Shown piece after piece: positions 48,234-57,693 of a stretch of DNA of 64,000 nt. Origin of the DNA: an uncultured virus (IMG/VR IMGVR_UViG_3300040801_004110) (taxonomy: Duplodnaviria; Heunggongvirae; Uroviricota; Caudoviricetes). The position numbers were made by a program, and so were the translations under genes. The notes under the pieces are model-generated. The model did no database searches and was not told where the DNA came from. It saw only the letters and a program-made list of their open reading frames with translations. Where the stretch lies: IMG/VR virus record IMGVR_UViG_3300040801_004110; one strand, written 5' to 3'. Each line of letters starts with the position of its first letter. The first letter of the stretch is position 1.

Positions 48234-48643
48234 GAAATAAAAATAAAAATAGACATAAGGATATGATCAAAAAAAGGTTAATTCCTTATACTGCTCATTA
48301 TTTTGCAGATAAAACCCAAATTTCAATTGGTGACAGTGGCGTAGTAAACATGTTAGCCATAGTTATTTTCGCTGATAGAGAAAAATTTTATAAAGGAACT
48401 TATAAAGTACATAATGAATTGCAGTGGGATTTATCTTCTTTTAAAGAAGGTTTAAAAAGAATGGATGTTTCTATAACAAAGATATCAGCTTTAGATAATA
48501 TTCTAGACAAGTATACATTTATAACCCATGAATTTATTGATAATACTTATACCAATAATGAGAATTACCCAGATGAGTTGAAGCGGATATTGGATAAAAG
48601 AATAAGAGATAATAAGTTAAAATACATATTAGGCAATAAATAG
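48227..48643 (+). CDS. C-terminal RxxKL-tag protein
   Basis: Ends IRDNKLKYIL. Confidence 0.75.
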   Translation: MVGNKNKNRHKDMIKKRLIPYTAHYFADKTQISIGDSGVVNMLAIVIFADREKFYKGTYKVHNELQWDLSSFKEGLKRMDVSITKISALDNILDKYTFITHEFIDNTYTNNENYPDELKRILDKRIRDNKLKYILGNK

Positions 48644-48676
48644 TTAAATAGTTAAATATTTATTGTATATTCGTAT

Positions 48677-48940
48677 ATGGGAAAATTAGAACATTTAGAA
48701 CATTTAGAACATACATTAGAAAATTCAATTAAAGCAAAAGAATATCTAGAATCTAAACATGGCATGAAATTCATAAAGGCAACACCTACTGATGTTGAAC
48801 TAGGATATTTATTAGGCGAGTATTTGATCATCATAGATGAGTTTGCTAAAACTGCTATAGAAATTTATAATGAAAAGGTGTTTTGGGAAAATCATGAAGA
48901 TAGTTATATTGATCACATGATGAGTAATTTGTATCAATAA
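48677..48940 (+). CDS. Hypothetical protein
   Basis: LEH x3 from a 9-bp tandem repeat. Confidence 0.6.
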   Translation: MGKLEHLEHLEHTLENSIKAKEYLESKHGMKFIKATPTDVELGYLLGEYLIIIDEFAKTAIEIYNEKVFWENHEDSYIDHMMSNLYQ

Positions 48941-48951
48941 ATTAATTAAAT

Positions 48952-49275
48952 ATGAGTGCTAAAATATTTTTAAATCTTTCATTATCTGACTATAAAGGGG
49001 ATGTGAATATAGTGGTCTATTATGTATCTGGTGATTACCATATAGAGCTTAATTATCATTTTGTTCCTGATGCAGAAGATATTTGGAATTCTAAAGCAGG
49101 AGATCTTCATATAAAAAGTATTACATTAGAAGATTTCAAAGAAATTTCAAATTATTATACTTTGATTGATGTTGATGTGGATAAGAGTGTGAAAAGAATA
49201 ACAGTAGATGCTAAAAATTATTTAAGAACTATAAAATTAAAAGAATTAAAAATAAATAAGAATGGGCAAGGGTAA
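48952..49275 (+). CDS. C-terminal RxxKL-tag protein
   Basis: YLRTIKLKEL near C-terminus. Confidence 0.7.
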   Translation: MSAKIFLNLSLSDYKGDVNIVVYYVSGDYHIELNYHFVPDAEDIWNSKAGDLHIKSITLEDFKEISNYYTLIDVDVDKSVKRITVDAKNYLRTIKLKELKINKNGQG

Positions 49276-49618
49276 AGATATCACTATTTTCTATAGAAGG
49301 GAAGATAAAGGTACAGAAGACTTTATAAGCATGGATTATGATGGATATCCTTTTTTGGTTTTTTTGATACACAGTAATTATTTTATTTATATGAAAACTA
49401 ACAGGGATCTAAATGTGATTAAGTATATGGAATTAGAAAATAAAGATTTTAAAGAAATTCTTGGGCTTGATATTTTAAATGATGACTACAATATCCTTGA
49501 AGCCAAAAACGGATTTAGACTTTATGATAAAGAAATATATTCCAAAAGGGGTCTTGAGTTTCTAAGACAATTAAAGGTTGTAGAGAGAAAAATAAAATTA
49601 AAACATTTACCTATATAG
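49262..49618 (+). CDS. C-terminal RxxKL-tag protein
   Basis: Ends ERKIKLKHLPI. Confidence 0.7.
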   Translation: MGKGKDITIFYRREDKGTEDFISMDYDGYPFLVFLIHSNYFIYMKTNRDLNVIKYMELENKDFKEILGLDILNDDYNILEAKNGFRLYDKEIYSKRGLEFLRQLKVVERKIKLKHLPI

Positions 49619-49945
49619 AGTAGCTAAACCTTCATTTAACAACCATTGGTTTAGATTTTCATTATTATAGTATATTGTTCCTAACCATCTTCCGTATTTA
49701 CCAGTTTCATCTTTGTCAGTAACTATTATAACATTTTTGTTTAAAATTCTTTCTCTTAGTGCGTTACCTGATATAAGTCCTTCGGGTCTTTCATCACCTC
49801 TTATTTCTGGTGTATCTATACCAGATAGTCTAATACTTTGATCTCTTAATACCATATTAAATCCCAGGTCTATATCAACTGTTATAGTGTCACCGTCATA
49901 TACTCTTGTGACTAGTGCTTTGTAATGCCATAAATTATTTTCCAT
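49607..49945 (-). CDS. Thermonuclease (SNase) family nuclease
   Basis: RVYDGDTI, IRLSGIDTPE, KYGRWLG. Confidence 0.9.
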   Translation of the reverse strand: MENNLWHYKALVTRVYDGDTITVDIDLGFNMVLRDQSIRLSGIDTPEIRGDERPEGLISGNALRERILNKNVIIVTDKDETGKYGRWLGTIYYNNENLNQWLLNEGLATLYR

Positions 49946-50071
49946 ATGATTTATTAATAATATTTATAGTATATATTTTTTTATCATACTGTAAAGTACT
50001 ATATTTGTATATGATTGAAGCATATTACAAAAAAAGAATTGTATTTTACAAACAAGCTCATATAAACAATT

Positions 50072-50449
50072 ATGGATATTTATAAAGGAAATTTTTTATT
50101 TTACAAATACAAGTGCCAAATGAGTACAGATAGTGCAAGATCATCTGAAAGTATATTTAAGTTTTACTACAAAGGGGGGATTTGTATGTGTTTTACTGTA
50201 GTTATTAATAAACAAACAAATTGGTTTTCTATTTTAGAGCATTCTTCTATAGAATTTTCAGATTTATATACCGAGGTGGGTGAAGAGAGAACTGAAAACT
50301 TTGGATATAAGATGACATCTGGTGATTATCATCTTATAGATTTGGATAATGTAGATTCTGTCTATAAAAGAAGCATTTTAAAAGATTTGATGTCAGAAAT
50401 AAAAAATATTGTAAGGATTTATAAAATAGATTATTTATACGAAAAATGA
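50072..50449 (+). CDS. C-terminal RxxKL-tag protein
   Basis: Ends VRIYKIDYL. Confidence 0.7.
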   Translation: MDIYKGNFLFYKYKCQMSTDSARSSESIFKFYYKGGICMCFTVVINKQTNWFSILEHSSIEFSDLYTEVGEERTENFGYKMTSGDYHLIDLDNVDSVYKRSILKDLMSEIKNIVRIYKIDYLYEK

Positions 50450-50456
50450 AAGTAAA

Positions 50457-50870
50457 ATGAAAGTAAAAGACCTCTCACACATAGAGCTTATAACTAATAT
50501 TATGTATTCCTATGAGAATATAACTTTATTTAAAGGAGATGAGAATGGAGATGGTAGCATCAGAATGGTTATTGTAATTAACCTAGATTCAAATTATGAT
50601 CCTTATGCATCTGATAGTATTGATAGTAAATGTGAATTATTCATGGGTGAATTTTTAATCAATAATGGGGATTGGCGTTTGGCTTCTTTTGTCAATTTAA
50701 TTCAGAAAATAGATACTTTTAAAAAAACGTATAATGCTATTGACGAATTACAAGATTTAAATTATGTAACATATATAAGAACTAATGAACATGGTTTAAA
50801 TAAGGAATTTGTTGAGAAAATGGTAAAGGCAGGATACAGAAGATATAAATTAGATAAAATAAATTTGTAA
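50457..50870 (+). CDS. C-terminal RxxKL-tag protein
   Basis: Ends YRRYKLDKINL. Confidence 0.75.
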   Translation: MKVKDLSHIELITNIMYSYENITLFKGDENGDGSIRMVIVINLDSNYDPYASDSIDSKCELFMGEFLINNGDWRLASFVNLIQKIDTFKKTYNAIDELQDLNYVTYIRTNEHGLNKEFVEKMVKAGYRRYKLDKINL

Positions 50871-50871
50871 T

Positions 50872-51351
50872 ATGATTCATTCGGAAGATAAGAAAGATAT
50901 CCTTTTCAAGGATTATAAAAGTTTTAGGAGATTAGCAGTTATAGATATTGCTAACAATAGAAATAGTTTAGCGAGTGACCTTTATACCTTATTGAAAGAT
51001 GGGATTTCCAGTGGCTACTTTGAAAAAAATTGTACACAAGATAAATTTTCAAATATATGGAGCTTTAGGTTTTATATTAACACTTATATTGGAAAGGTTC
51101 ATTTTTTCAACATTCACATTCATAGAAATTATGATGATATATGGATTAATAGCATATCAATTACTAACCACTTTGAATCCTTTATAAGACAATCTTTAAA
51201 GGAATATGGTAAAGAGAATCTTATGAATCTATACAAAAGTAGCATAGTAAGAGATTATTTAAAATACGAACATGGTGTCACTTATGGCAATGCCATTTCT
51301 TTTGATGGTGAGATGCCATATATGGATAAAGAATATAAATTAAAAAAATAG
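50872..51351 (+). CDS. N-terminal tag protein (degenerate)
   Basis: DYKSFRRLAVIDI. Confidence 0.65.
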   Translation: MIHSEDKKDILFKDYKSFRRLAVIDIANNRNSLASDLYTLLKDGISSGYFEKNCTQDKFSNIWSFRFYINTYIGKVHFFNIHIHRNYDDIWINSISITNHFESFIRQSLKEYGKENLMNLYKSSIVRDYLKYEHGVTYGNAISFDGEMPYMDKEYKLKK

Positions 51352-51352
51352 A

Positions 51353-51688
51353 ATGGTAGTTATTTTTTACAAAAATACACCAAGTATAGCAAACGATAAA
51401 CGGTTTATAGAGCTTTTAATATACAATGGATTTTATAACTATATAAGAATAGTTGAATCTTTTAGTGAAAAAGACAGTTATGAACATGCATTCATAACAA
51501 AAGATAAATTCATTAGTAAACTCGGTATTAATAATATAGATGAGATTTTATTAGGGAATCCTGCTAAAGATTCTTATAATTCCTTTCAGATGTATGATGA
51601 AGAAGGGTATACACCAAAAATGAAAGACCTTCTAGAAGAAGTTAAAAAACTATCTAGGATTAAAAAAATAAAAGACTTTATCTTATGA
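51353..51688 (+). CDS. C-terminal RxxKL-tag protein
   Basis: Ends SRIKKIKDFIL. Confidence 0.7.
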   Translation: MVVIFYKNTPSIANDKRFIELLIYNGFYNYIRIVESFSEKDSYEHAFITKDKFISKLGINNIDEILLGNPAKDSYNSFQMYDEEGYTPKMKDLLEEVKKLSRIKKIKDFIL

Positions 51689-52032
51689 AAAAAATATACA
51701 ATGCTAATACAGAAGATGTAATACGTGATCTGGATCAGTTCATATTTTATAATAAATCAGAATTAGATTATTATGTTATTATAGCCAAATATAAAGAACA
51801 TTATTTCAAAATGGAAATTTGTTTAGAAAATGATGCAAGTATCAAAGAAAACAAGGTAATCGATAAAAAATGTCTATTACCTGAGATAGGTAGTAAAATA
51901 TTTGGTGGTTTTAGTACTAAAGGGTATAGGTTATTTGCTGGTGGTATTATAATTAATAATAAGTTATCTAAGTTAATTATGAATGGTGCTAAGATAAAAC
52001 TAAGAGAGGTTAAGTTAAATCAAATTCTTTAA
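51685..52032 (+). CDS. C-terminal RxxKL-tag protein
   Basis: Ends LREVKLNQIL. Confidence 0.75.
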   Translation: MKKIYNANTEDVIRDLDQFIFYNKSELDYYVIIAKYKEHYFKMEICLENDASIKENKVIDKKCLLPEIGSKIFGGFSTKGYRLFAGGIIINNKLSKLIMNGAKIKLREVKLNQIL

Positions 52033-52076
52033 AAAGCAAAAAGCCAATCTTTAATAGAGATTGGCTTTTTGCTTTT
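52031..52076. terminator. Bidirectional terminator
   Basis: AAAAGCAAAAAGCCAATCT/AGATTGGCTTTTTGCTTTT. Confidence 0.85.
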
Positions 52077-52091
52077 GGATTATTTATATTG

Positions 52092-52445
52092 TTATAGAGA
52101 ATCAATCACTTTTTCGATTTTATCTCTATCTTTTAAGCTTAGTCTGTGATAATTACCCATTAACTTACTTAAGAACATAGAATCTATTAAACTGGTTCTG
52201 CTGGTGTTTAATCCCATAATGGGTATGGATCTATGTTCACACTCAGATATTAAGGTAGAGTCGCTATAATCAGATAAATCTTCTATTTCGAAATCATCAC
52301 CACAGTCGCACTCATCACAATCATCTTCGTCTATCATGTCAAGTTCTATTTCTGCAAAGCTTTTAACCTCATCAGATATATCGTTTAAATCTATTTCAAC
52401 CTCAACTTCTTGGTTATTTAAAATGGCTTTTGTTTTTACTTTCAT
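52092..52445 (-). CDS. Hypothetical acidic protein
   Basis: Clean ORF. Confidence 0.65.
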   Translation of the reverse strand: MKVKTKAILNNQEVEVEIDLNDISDEVKSFAEIELDMIDEDDCDECDCGDDFEIEDLSDYSDSTLISECEHRSIPIMGLNTSRTSLIDSMFLSKLMGNYHRLSLKDRDKIEKVIDSL

Positions 52446-52494
52446 AATGTTTATAAATTAAATGTATAACTTATATACAGATTAATAAAAATGT

Positions 52495-52914
52495 TTAAGC
52501 AAATTGAAGCTTATAATCATTAAGCATTTTATTGACCTCTAACCTAGTCCAATGCATTTCTAATGGATAGCTTAGGTTATTTCTTTTTTCCCACTCTACG
52601 CAGAATTCTTGCACATCCTCGATGATGTTTTTATTCGTTTCGCTGTTTACTTCGGTGTTAGTTTCTTCCTGTTTGGTTTCCATATTACTCTGATTTGGTT
52701 TGTTTATAATTGATAAGACTTTCTCTCTGTTATTTTTTAACCATTCAATGGCTATAGATTTCCATATATGGTCATCCATACCCCATTTCTTACCCCCTTT
52801 TTTAATATCATCAGGCATTGAGTTATATACCTCACTGACATCATTATGTGGATATCCTATAACAGAAGATATACATTTAGTGAAGCTTTTAAGTTCTTCT
52901 TTATTTAGTTCCAT
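52495..52914 (-). CDS. Hypothetical protein
   Basis: Clean ORF. Confidence 0.65.
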   Translation of the reverse strand: MELNKEELKSFTKCISSVIGYPHNDVSEVYNSMPDDIKKGGKKWGMDDHIWKSIAIEWLKNNREKVLSIINKPNQSNMETKQEETNTEVNSETNKNIIEDVQEFCVEWEKRNNLSYPLEMHWTRLEVNKMLNDYKLQFA

Positions 52915-52938
52915 ATAGATTACTTGTTTTTTTTTGAT

Positions 52939-53502
52939 TTAGTTTATTTTATAGTTTCTTTTGATAGTACCCTCGGGTATAAAAATAACAGTCCTGTCAT
53001 ACTCAACTTCATTTTTCTTACTCTCTGGAATCCAGTTGTTATTTTCCACAATGCTATCTTCATATTTCTTGCCATAAACAACAACCTTGGGTGTGTCTGA
53101 GTAGCTTAGTCTATGATCTTTTTCATCTGCTCTTAATTTTTCAAATACCATCTCACCATTATTTAATTTTTTATAAAAGGCGTAATATTTAGTCTCATTT
53201 ATGTACCCACTTCCGACAAAGAAAACAGTGCTATATTTACCATTCATTTCATCACTAGTGTCTAGCCTAATAAGCTCATTTGATGATATTACAACTTCTT
53301 TAGTTTTTCTAACATCTGAATTAACTATTAAAGATATCAGTCCAAAAAGTAATGTTGATATAATAAACCCTAAAAGTGGTGCGCCTACTACACATGTAAA
53401 AATTCTAGTAAATAAAGAATCATTATCTCTATTATCAGTAAGTAAGAAGAAGAAAAAGAAAATAACAGTTATAATACTGAACATTATCCAAAAGTAATTC
53501 AT
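52939..53502 (-). CDS. Membrane protein
   Basis: Two N-terminal TM segments; FFVGSGYIN. Confidence 0.75.
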   Translation of the reverse strand: MNYFWIMFSIITVIFFFFFLLTDNRDNDSLFTRIFTCVVGAPLLGFIISTLLFGLISLIVNSDVRKTKEVVISSNELIRLDTSDEMNGKYSTVFFVGSGYINETKYYAFYKKLNNGEMVFEKLRADEKDHRLSYSDTPKVVVYGKKYEDSIVENNNWIPESKKNEVEYDRTVIFIPEGTIKRNYKIN

Positions 53503-53573
53503 AATAATTATTTAAAAGTTTATATATGCAAATATACATCATTATATCTAATAACAAACAAAATAAATATAAA

Positions 53574-53603
53574 AATCCACAAGAGAATAAACTTTTGTGG
53601 ATT
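53574..53603 (-). terminator. Terminator-like hairpin
   Basis: AATCCACAAGAG/CTTTTGTGGATT. Confidence 0.6.
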
Positions 53604-53634
53604 AGTATCTGTTTAGTTATTGTATGAGTATTAA

Positions 53635-54057
53635 TTACTCATCATTTTTAAGCATCTTAAGTGCGAAATCTTTAAAATAGCCACCACCTTGTGTACCTAA
53701 TTTGGAAACACCTAGATAATCTAAATAAGCTTCATCAAATGTTTTTGAAACCGTTAAACACCGAATCCATTTATTATCCTTTGTGTCCTTGTTATATCTA
53801 TAAATATATCTATAAGGATATTGTTTTGACCAGTCATTTTTAGGATCTTCCATCACAGTGTAAACAATCACATCCTCATTACTAAGAATGATTTCATCTA
53901 CCCTATCACTTGATACATCACTAACAAGGCTTCTAATGTCACTTGCTTTTTGTTCTGCCTCTCTATTTCTTTCTACAAAACCTTTGAAAATTTTCTTTTG
54001 TAGCTCTGAAAGAACAACAGTTGAATCAATTGCTTTATTAATAAGTTCGGTTTTCAT
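53635..54057 (-). CDS. Hypothetical protein
   Basis: TTAACA-N21-TATATTTG promoter at 54082-54116. Confidence 0.7.
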   Translation of the reverse strand: MKTELINKAIDSTVVLSELQKKIFKGFVERNREAEQKASDIRSLVSDVSSDRVDEIILSNEDVIVYTVMEDPKNDWSKQYPYRYIYRYNKDTKDNKWIRCLTVSKTFDEAYLDYLGVSKLGTQGGGYFKDFALKMLKNDE

Positions 54058-54118
54058 ATCTTTTAAGTTTTTAGTTCAGGACAAATATAAGACAAAAAAT
54101 TGAATTAAAATGTTAAAA

Positions 54119-54313
54119 TTACAAATATTCTAAAACTTCATCACAATACACACACATTTTAACTTCTGATATATTCCCTACTCTATAAGAATAGAGTCCA
54201 CTTTTACTATCCTCGTGTTTGCAAACTTTCCTTAACTCTTTTATTTTTTCGGTTGACTTTTCAATATTTTGTTGGTGTTTAGATATTTGTTCTCTTATTT
54301 CTTCTGGTTTCAT
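54119..54313 (-). CDS. Small Zn-binding-like protein
   Basis: CKH...CVYC. Confidence 0.65.
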   Translation of the reverse strand: MKPEEIREQISKHQQNIEKSTEKIKELRKVCKHEDSKSGLYSYRVGNISEVKMCVYCDEVLEYL

Positions 54314-54332
54314 GTATTTAATTATTATTTTA

Positions 54333-54551
54333 TTATTGATTTACTTTATAACTTTCGAATACTATACTAGCTATTAATATCCATAATGCGAATATAACAT
54401 AAGAGACAATTAAGAATATATTATCACCTAAATAATTTTGCTCAGAGTTGTGAATTAATACATATAGAGTGATGTATATGATTCCAATTACTGGTGGGAT
54501 AAGAACTTTTCTTCTAAAACTAGTGCTTTTTGCTTTTTCTGATAATTTCAT
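54333..54551 (-). CDS. Small membrane protein
   Basis: Two TM segments. Confidence 0.65.
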   Translation of the reverse strand: MKLSEKAKSTSFRRKVLIPPVIGIIYITLYVLIHNSEQNYLGDNIFLIVSYVIFALWILIASIVFESYKVNQ

Positions 54552-54638
54552 AATTTTATTTTTACAAATATAGTTAATATAATTTATATATGGTATTGTA
54601 GATAAGTTTAATTGTGTTTTATAATTAATATATAGTTT

Positions 54639-54806
54639 ATGGATAATATAAAAACCTTTAATAAATTTTTCGAGAATAACTTAGAAGATGATAGTAAAAC
54701 TGGTAAAACGATAAAAACAACATCCCTTAAGCATTATAAAAAATTAAGAGATCAAGGAATCGATTGTGAATTGGTGACTAAATATGATATTAATTTAAAA
54801 GATTAA
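54639..54806 (+). CDS. CTS-like leader microprotein (55 aa, not in ORF track)
   Basis: MDNIKTFNKFFE; TAATATATA at 54626. Confidence 0.7.
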   Translation: MDNIKTFNKFFENNLEDDSKTGKTIKTTSLKHYKKLRDQGIDCELVTKYDINLKD

Positions 54807-54816
54807 TATATAGAGT

Positions 54817-54966
54817 ATGAAACATTTAGAAACATTTAGTGTATTTGAGAAAAAGAAAAATGGGTGGAGCAATAAGTACAAAAGAAGTATTGACTGTAAT
54901 AATCCAAAAGGCTTTTCACAGAAGCAATATTGTAAAAGAAAAAATAAAGAAAAATCAAGTAATTGA
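54817..54966 (+). CDS. CTS-like leader microprotein (49 aa, not in ORF track)
   Basis: MKHLETFSVFE-KKKNGWSNKYKRSIDCNNPKGFSQKQYC; TAATATATA at 54804. Confidence 0.75.
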   Translation: MKHLETFSVFEKKKNGWSNKYKRSIDCNNPKGFSQKQYCKRKNKEKSSN

Positions 54967-54993
54967 TTATAAATAATAAAAAATAAAAAAACT

Positions 54994-55263
54994 ATGAAAC
55001 ATTTGCAAATATTTGAAAACTATAACGAAGAAAAACCACAGATGGCATCGATAAGAATTGAGGTTAAATTAGATGGTGAAGTAATTCCACATCAGACAAT
55101 AGATACTGTGTATAAAAAAGACAATAGTGATATACAAGGAATATGTGATTTCATTAAAACACTAGTTCCTGATGCTGATAGGATTCTTGTGACAAAATCA
55201 GTATATAATGGTGTAAGTGGTACTTATATGGAAATGGATAGCTGTTCACATTTCGGCAAATAA
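54994..55263 (+). CDS. CTS-like leader protein
   Basis: MKHLQIFENYNE. Confidence 0.7.
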   Translation: MKHLQIFENYNEEKPQMASIRIEVKLDGEVIPHQTIDTVYKKDNSDIQGICDFIKTLVPDADRILVTKSVYNGVSGTYMEMDSCSHFGK

Positions 55264-55265
55264 GG

Positions 55266-55607
55266 TCAAAATACACTTACCAAGATTATAAGTATATTAA
55301 CGTGTAGTATCTGATCAACTGCTGTCCAGTTTATCATTTCTCTTTCATTCCGACCACTGGGAAGTGCAAGGTCTATCAGAAAATGAGATATAAAATTAAT
55401 AGTACATATACCCAGTATATTATAAGGATCATAATTAAAGTAAATGAGTACAAAAGCCATCAAAAAGCTAAAAGGCATTATATTAATAAGCATGTGTATC
55501 ATAAGGCTTTTTGTATTCTTTTTTTTGTCCTTAGCAATGTTCCTTGGTTGTAAGATCCAATCGAAAATAAAATGAAGTGTTATAAGAATTATATAAAGTG
55601 TCCACAT
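55266..55607 (-). CDS. DUF3307-like membrane protein
   Basis: HFIFDWILQ, HFLID, DQILH. Confidence 0.75.
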   Translation of the reverse strand: MWTLYIILITLHFIFDWILQPRNIAKDKKKNTKSLMIHMLINIMPFSFLMAFVLIYFNYDPYNILGICTINFISHFLIDLALPSGRNEREMINWTAVDQILHVNILIILVSVF

Positions 55608-55622
55608 AGTATTACTATTTAA

Positions 55623-55862
55623 TTATTTGTTTAAAATCCATTCTTTGAATTCTCTAAAGTTTTTCTGAACCTGTTTATTATTGAAGTTGCTACTCACTTG
55701 TTTTTTGTGTGGTATATTTTTTTCAATTAAAAACTCTTTTATTATTTTCCTTAAATTACTCATCTCTTTATTAGGGGGTCTATCTTTAATTAGATCGTGT
55801 CTATTAGATTGAACCCAAAGCCATATGCCATTGAAAGAAGATTCTTTACTTTTATAAGCCAT
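55623..55862 (-). CDS. Hypothetical protein
   Basis: Operonic ORF. Confidence 0.6.
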   Translation of the reverse strand: MAYKSKESSFNGIWLWVQSNRHDLIKDRPPNKEMSNLRKIIKEFLIEKNIPHKKQVSSNFNNKQVQKNFREFKEWILNK

Positions 55863-56115
55863 ATTAAACTGTTTCTAATTTATAAACTACATTTGTTTTT
55901 GAACACATCGCCATATCATCACCGATTCTGACATCATTATTAGGAAGAACTTTACCATTGTGTTTAGATTTTCTTATCTTATTGAATATTGACGATGAAT
56001 CTGTACAGCTTAACTTTTTTCCTTTTCTCATATTTGTTTATTTGTCTATTTATTTATTGCAAATATAGTAAATAATAATTATTTTTATACTATATTTGTA
56101 CTAAACTAAAAAAAA

Positions 56116-56997
56116 ATGGAACAAATACTAGAAGACAATGATGCTTTAAACAAAATAGCAGACACTTTATCACAACACGGGATAAAAGATCATACACATA
56201 ATTACAACTACCATTATGACAACCGAGGTGATGTTAGTATTGTTTTAAATATAAATTTCAAAACATATGATAGTGATAGAGTATTTAATGAATCCCTATC
56301 TGATGGCTTGAAAAAAATAGAAAAAGAGAATACTGTAAATAAAATATCTGTGGTTTTTATGATGGGAAGCGAAAAAAATAAGGTAGATGATAAATTCGTA
56401 AACTCATATGAGCTACGTGTGGTTTTAAAAAATGTGCCAATAGATGATGAGATAAAACAAAAAGCAATCCAAGATTATGTTGACATGTGTGAACGGAGTC
56501 TTAATAATATGGGTGTTTTGGATTTTGTAAATAAATACGATATAAACACAGAGCGTGAGTTCATTGAGAAAATAGCCCTAGCTACCAATTATTTAAATAA
56601 AAGTGTTAAGTTAGATAATGTGGATCACAAGATAAAGAAAAAGTATTATACTATAAAAGACTGGGTAATTAAGATATTAATAAAAAAAGATTATATATCT
56701 GATGTATCTAAACATGTAATAAATGGAATGAATTATATTTTATTCACAACAACCATTAAAAACGAAACATCTTATGGGGGTTTTATATCATTTCATATAC
56801 CTGAGAGCAGGTGGCATAAGTTTGAGTCAATGTTAAAGTGTAATTTGTTAGATATGGGAACAATAGAAAATGAGTATAAATTAAGAGGTTGTGTTGAAAA
56901 TAGAGAGCTTATGGAGGATTTTATTTCTGTGGTTAGATCTAATTTTGTTGGACAAAGTTTTTATGACTCACTGAATGTGTATTTAGAAAACAAATAA
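56116..56997 (+). CDS. Hypothetical protein
   Basis: 293 aa; ISFHIP motif; TATATTTG at ~56091. Confidence 0.7.
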   Translation: MEQILEDNDALNKIADTLSQHGIKDHTHNYNYHYDNRGDVSIVLNINFKTYDSDRVFNESLSDGLKKIEKENTVNKISVVFMMGSEKNKVDDKFVNSYELRVVLKNVPIDDEIKQKAIQDYVDMCERSLNNMGVLDFVNKYDINTEREFIEKIALATNYLNKSVKLDNVDHKIKKKYYTIKDWVIKILIKKDYISDVSKHVINGMNYILFTTTIKNETSYGGFISFHIPESRWHKFESMLKCNLLDMGTIENEYKLRGCVENRELMEDFISVVRSNFVGQSFYDSLNVYLENK

Positions 56998-57018
56998 CGC
57001 TAAATGGTTATAAGCAAA

Positions 57019-57046
57019 AAAAAAGACTCTATTTAGAGTCTTTTTT
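57019..57046. terminator. Bidirectional terminator
   Basis: AAAAAAGACTCT/AGAGTCTTTTTT. Confidence 0.8.
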
Positions 57047-57069
57047 ATTTGTGGTTGTTAAGCAAATAT

Positions 57070-57405
57070 CTAGTAGGTCTTTATGACCTTTAAGCATCTT
57101 TCTGAATATCCACTATCTTTTTGCATCAAGTAGGCTATCCTAGGTATCAACTCTGAGGGCGTTTCTTTCCAGTCCCTATTAAATGATAAAGAATATAAAG
57201 GTGTACCATCACAATCTCTATCATGGCTAACTACGAAAAGTCTTAATCCACTAACTGGTTTATCGCAAAAACTATCATCAAAATCAACCTCTACAAGTGT
57301 GCCTAATGGGATATTATGCACTTTCTCATTGTTCTCTTCCCTGTATGATTTGCCAGTCTCGGGATTCTTTAGGTCAGCTACATTAACTAAATCTACTTTC
57401 TTCAT
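57070..57405 (-). CDS. Hypothetical phage protein
   Basis: HNIPLGTLVEV...RDCDGTPLYSL. Confidence 0.7.
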   Translation of the reverse strand: MKKVDLVNVADLKNPETGKSYREENNEKVHNIPLGTLVEVDFDDSFCDKPVSGLRLFVVSHDRDCDGTPLYSLSFNRDWKETPSELIPRIAYLMQKDSGYSERCLKVIKTY

Positions 57406-57692
57406 GTTGTTTTATTATTTTCATTAACTTTATTATTGCTTTCTTTAGCCTTTACTGTTATCGTAAAGGTATCTGGATCGAAACCACCTTTTTCAAGGTA
57501 GTCTCTTAGTGACTCATATTCAGTAGGTTTCCCTTCCCAATTTTTAGATATGTCCTCATCGAACAACCTAATCATATTGAAAAGGGAATTACCAACTATT
57601 CTAGCATTTCTATTTTCCCATTCTGGATACCGAGATATCCAGTCTTTTTCTCTTTTTGACCATTTTATAGTTACTTTTTCTTTTGATGCCAT
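57402..57692 (-). CDS. Hypothetical protein
   Basis: ATGA overlap. Confidence 0.65.
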   Translation of the reverse strand: MASKEKVTIKWSKREKDWISRYPEWENRNARIVGNSLFNMIRLFDEDISKNWEGKPTEYESLRDYLEKGGFDPDTFTITVKAKESNNKVNENNKTT

Positions 57693-57693
57693 A

